Shown here one piece after another: positions 16,960 through 20,000 of a stretch of 20,000 nucleotides of DNA. Below the pieces are notes generated by a model, which did no database searches, was not told the DNA's origin, and worked only from the letters and a program-made list of their open reading frames with translations. Source of the stretch: an uncultured virus (IMG/VR IMGVR_UViG_3300023184_009054) (lineage: Duplodnaviria > Heunggongvirae > Uroviricota > Caudoviricetes); IMG/VR virus record IMGVR_UViG_3300023184_009054; one strand, given 5' to 3'. Both the position numbers and the translations under genes were made by a program. Position 1 is the stretch's first letter. Each line of letters starts with the position of its first letter.

Positions 16960-17043
16960 TAAGTAAAATTGAAATAATTTCAACTCATTTAAGCCTATAT
17001 ACAAACAGTCGTATTTTGCAAAAATTTATACTATGGAGATGAT

Positions 17044-18015
17044 ATGTCATTCAAGAGCTTTCAAGAATATTTAAACGATACTGGCAAAATGGTTGAAAAG
17101 CCAGAAGTTAAAGTGGTTGCTGGATATGAAGGAGAAACCCCAACCTCTCCAGAAAAAACCAAAAAAGACCCAAATGCTGGTGGAGCTAAAGATTCTAAAT
17201 CTACCAACAAGCCATATAAAGCTGGCACTGATGCTAAAAATCCCAATAAAGCAGAAAAAGGATTTGCTCATGAAGGAGATTCAGATCTTAAGTATGAGCC
17301 AACCACAAATGTAAAAAAGAGCAACTATGGTGGCGATGAAGTTAAATCTTGGCTTGATTCTTCAAGCGTAACAGAATGGCTCAATAAAACTCGCAATCTT
17401 TCTGGTGCAAAATTTGTAAGTCAGATGCGAAATGAAACAATTGGAACTTCAATCGGACAAATCAAAGAAACAGTAAATTTGTGCGAAAATAATTCCAAAA
17501 ATATTCAACAACTTATTTTTGAATTAAAACGCCACAAATTATTAGGAAAATTCATTACAGAAGCTTGCAAACATGGAACTGGCATCAAGGCAATCATAGC
17601 AGAAATCAAGAAAAATACTCTTTTTCAAAAAGCAATTAATGAAATGAGCTATATGTCTTCAGATAATGAAGATGGTATGTCGGATGATGAATACAAACCA
17701 GATATGTCAAATGATCATAGTGACGAAGAAGAAAATGATATATCAGATGAAGATGAATATAGTGATGAAGACGAAGATAGCGATGAAGATGAATATAGTG
17801 ATGAAGACGAAGATAGCGATGAAGATAGCGATGAAGATGAAATGTCAGACGAAGATGAAGATGAAATGTCAGACGAAGATGAAGATGAAATGTCAGATGA
17901 AGATAATTCCCATAAAGATGACGACTCTGCATTATCTGATCCTTTTAGTAGGGGTCATGCCTCTCATGCCCTTAGAAAAATGGGGCCAAGACCAGAACCA
18001 TCTGATGAATTTTAA
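17044..18015 (+). CDS. Hypothetical protein with long Asp/Glu-rich repeat tail, possible prohead core/scaffold-type protein
   Basis: N-terminus MSFKSFQEYLND; SD GGAG; about 90-residue D/E/S tract. Confidence 0.8.
   Translation: MSFKSFQEYLNDTGKMVEKPEVKVVAGYEGETPTSPEKTKKDPNAGGAKDSKSTNKPYKAGTDAKNPNKAEKGFAHEGDSDLKYEPTTNVKKSNYGGDEVKSWLDSSSVTEWLNKTRNLSGAKFVSQMRNETIGTSIGQIKETVNLCENNSKNIQQLIFELKRHKLLGKFITEACKHGTGIKAIIAEIKKNTLFQKAINEMSYMSSDNEDGMSDDEYKPDMSNDHSDEEENDISDEDEYSDEDEDSDEDEYSDEDEDSDEDSDEDEMSDEDEDEMSDEDEDEMSDEDNSHKDDDSALSDPFSRGHASHALRKMGPRPEPSDEF
17746..17901 (+). repeat. Coding tandem repeats: 36-nt x2, a 12-nt unit, 24-nt x3
   Basis: 17746-17817 is two identical 36-mers (DEDEYSDEDEDS); 17830-17901 is three 24-mers (DEDEMSDE) with one mismatch. 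Confidence 0.92.
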
Positions 18016-18018
18016 ACA

Positions 18019-18048
18019 ATAAAAACCTTCTACTAAGAAGGTTTTTAT
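18019..18048. terminator. Intrinsic terminator-like hairpin, potentially bidirectional
   Basis: ATAAAAACCTTCT-acta-AGAAGGTTTTTAT, a perfect 13-bp inverted repeat just after the stop at 18015. Confidence 0.8.
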
Positions 18049-18060
18049 ATGTGAGGTCAT

Positions 18061-18750
18061 CTGAGAAAGTGCGAAAAAGATAAAATATTAATATGCATGC
18101 CAACATACCACTCACCAATAGAATGGCTAGAGAGATCTACCAATTCTATAAAATCACAAACTTATACAAATTTTGATTGTTATGTTGTGAAAGATGGATG
18201 TTGTGAGTCTTGTACAATAGACATAACAAATAAAACATGTATTGAATGTGAAAACTGCAAATTAACAAAAAAGTTTTTTAAAAAAATTGCAAAAAACGAC
18301 AAAAGATTTAAATTTCATATTTTGCCAATTCATCTAAGTGGTGCTGGTTGGGGTCCAAGAAATTTTGCCATCATGAATACACATCATAATTATATCGCAT
18401 ATCTTGACGATGATAATTGGTACGAAAAAAATCATATAGAATCACTTTATAAAACAATTACTTCTGGTGATTACAATCTAGCCTACACTGGCACTAGATT
18501 GCATGATTCTAATAAAAATATAATTGGAGAAAGAATTCACAATTCTATTCCAAAAGCTGGATATATAGATACTTCTGAGATCATGCACACTAGATATCTA
18601 ATAGATAAACATGGCGGATGGCGTTATGTTAAAAAATGCAATGATTGGGATTTAATATCAAGATGGATTCCCGATGTGAAATGGAGTCACACCAACAAGG
18701 TAACACTTAATTTCTTTATAAGGGATGGATGCGGAATACACAGGAAATAA
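18061..18750 (+). CDS. GT2 family glycosyltransferase (start uncertain: CTG 18061 or ATG 18097)
   Basis: KILICMPTY, SIKSQTYTNF..YVVKDG, PRNFAI, YIAYLDDDNWY, IDTSEIMH, NDWDLISR. Confidence 0.88.
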   Translation: MRKCEKDKILICMPTYHSPIEWLERSTNSIKSQTYTNFDCYVVKDGCCESCTIDITNKTCIECENCKLTKKFFKKIAKNDKRFKFHILPIHLSGAGWGPRNFAIMNTHHNYIAYLDDDNWYEKNHIESLYKTITSGDYNLAYTGTRLHDSNKNIIGERIHNSIPKAGYIDTSEIMHTRYLIDKHGGWRYVKKCNDWDLISRWIPDVKWSHTNKVTLNFFIRDGCGIHRK

Positions 18751-20000
18751 AACAGTTCATCCAGAAGTGGAAAAACTTCACCGATCCCTCCACGCAAATT
18801 CCCTACGACTACAAGCCAATATGCAAAGACTTACTTCTACACGATGAAGAACTCGTTGTCGAAACAATAGACATACTGAAAAGAAACATATCATCTTGGG
18901 CGGAAAAAAATTCCGAAGCTTACGCAAACAAAAAAGACCTTCCTTTTTTGGGTAAAAATGATCTCATAAACAAAGACAAGTGGTATGTGAAATCCTTGGA
19001 AAAGGAATCCATGCCGATGAGAAGCAGCGGAAGCACCAGTGGCGAAAGATTTGAATACTTGCGGTGGGAACCTTTCCTTTATTTCATCGAAGGAGAAAAC
19101 CACTATGATCTAATTCTGGATGAGTATGAAATACCACAGAATCCAGACATCATGTACTTCTTTAATTCTTCATTCGGAAGTGGCTTAAAACACATAAACA
19201 ATACATCTAAAAGCAAAAACTTCATGGAACATCACGGAACAAAAAGAACCGCAATGGTTCATTACGCAAACACGAAACTCCAAAAAGAAAAAGAAGAAGT
19301 ATTCCAAAAATACCTTTTCAGATATTTGAATGTAAAAAAAATGGATGTAATTTTTGCCCCAGGCCCACAAATAAAAAAACTATGCTCTTATATAAAAAAA
19401 GAAAACTATAAAGGAAAACTGTGCAACTTGTTGAGCAATAGCAATGAGAAACTTTTAGATGAAGATGCTAAGTTCCTTCTCGAGAACAACTATGTGTCGC
19501 ATATATGCGACCATATGCGATGTTGGGATGGTGGTGCTTCCTTCTTCACATGCAAAGACAAGAACTATCACTTGATGGACAACCTTTCTTGGTGTGTCGA
19601 AAACGAGGAAAGGCTCATATCAACCGACTACTTCTCCTTGGCTTGTCCTTTCGTCAAGTTCTGGAATGGAGACAGATGCAAGATAGGCGAGAAATACCAG
19701 AGGTGTTCGTGCGGAAGGTTGTACAGGGAATTCAAGTTCTTGGAAAATCGACCATTCGCCATAAAAGGGCATTCGATCAACGAATACAAGAAGAAGCTCA
19801 TAGAGACTGGTCTGACGGAGATAAAACAAGTGAATTGCGGGAATGATTTCATAGAGATCGTTTCGAACAAGGAGATAGATCCTGTCAGAAAAGATGAAGT
19901 GATTGAAATATTCAAGTCACACAAATTGAAGTTCAAGGTTGTTCCAGACCAAATATTGGCATCGAAAAAAGTACAGAACAGAACTCCATCTGAAAAGGTG
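18729..20000 (+). CDS. Phenylacetate-CoA ligase/CapK-like adenylate-forming enzyme (runs off the right edge)
   Basis: Manual translation from ATG 18729 is open for 424 codons: LPFLGKNDL, RSSGSTSGERF (P-loop-like), LISTDYFSLACPFVKFWNGD, RCSCGR. Confidence 0.8.
   Translation, partial: MRNTQEIKQFIQKWKNFTDPSTQIPYDYKPICKDLLLHDEELVVETIDILKRNISSWAEKNSEAYANKKDLPFLGKNDLINKDKWYVKSLEKESMPMRSSGSTSGERFEYLRWEPFLYFIEGENHYDLILDEYEIPQNPDIMYFFNSSFGSGLKHINNTSKSKNFMEHHGTKRTAMVHYANTKLQKEKEEVFQKYLFRYLNVKKMDVIFAPGPQIKKLCSYIKKENYKGKLCNLLSNSNEKLLDEDAKFLLENNYVSHICDHMRCWDGGASFFTCKDKNYHLMDNLSWCVENEERLISTDYFSLACPFVKFWNGDRCKIGEKYQRCSCGRLYREFKFLENRPFAIKGHSINEYKKKLIETGLTEIKQVNCGNDFIEIVSNKEIDPVRKDEVIEIFKSHKLKFKVVPDQILASKKVQNRTPSEKV

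Noticed and set aside
583..17314. Numerous 60-120 aa antisense or out-of-frame ORFs nested in larger genes
   Set aside because: They overlap better-supported genes, have no recognisable motifs, and show the composition expected of antisense frames in AT-rich DNA.
17746..17901. 36-nt direct repeats as a possible CRISPR array
   Set aside because: Units are adjacent with no spacers, are multiples of 3 and lie in frame within a CDS; no cas genes seen.
17636..18022. ORFs 17636..17932 (-, His/Leu-rich) and 17666..18022 (+, Met/Lys-rich)
   Set aside because: Alternative-frame shadows of the D/E tandem repeat in the 17044..18015 gene.
18891..19936. Short ORFs listed at 18891, 19185, 19505, 19620 and 19628
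   Set aside because: All lie within the long open + frame from 18729, which carries recognisable ligase motifs.
1..20000. Stop-codon reassignment as in some large phages
   Set aside because: Genes tile densely under the standard code, and TAA, TAG and TGA all end genes at sensible junctions.

Overview
AT-rich, gene-dense window that reads as part of a large (jumbo/huge) bacteriophage genome in the standard genetic code. The phage assignment is an inference from many orphan ORFs, T4-like N-termini, a baseplate-like protein and host-type genes outside their usual operons. It carries three translation genes: an IF3 (partial, missed by the ORF track), peptide deformylase and a divergent bS21. 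It also has a DnaE-type polymerase lacking the PHP domain and the GRGS/FERF nucleotide-binding segment, and two enzyme-fold proteins with lost cofactor motifs (ThDP decarboxylase-like, dCMP deaminase-like). Five glycosyltransferase-like genes, a higher-GC PaaK/CapK-like adenylate-forming enzyme (partial, missed by the ORF track), a lipoprotein with spanin-like topology, and basic and acidic repeat proteins complete the content. No rRNA, tRNA, CRISPR array or mobile element was recognised. All family calls come from motif recognition by eye; no searches were run.
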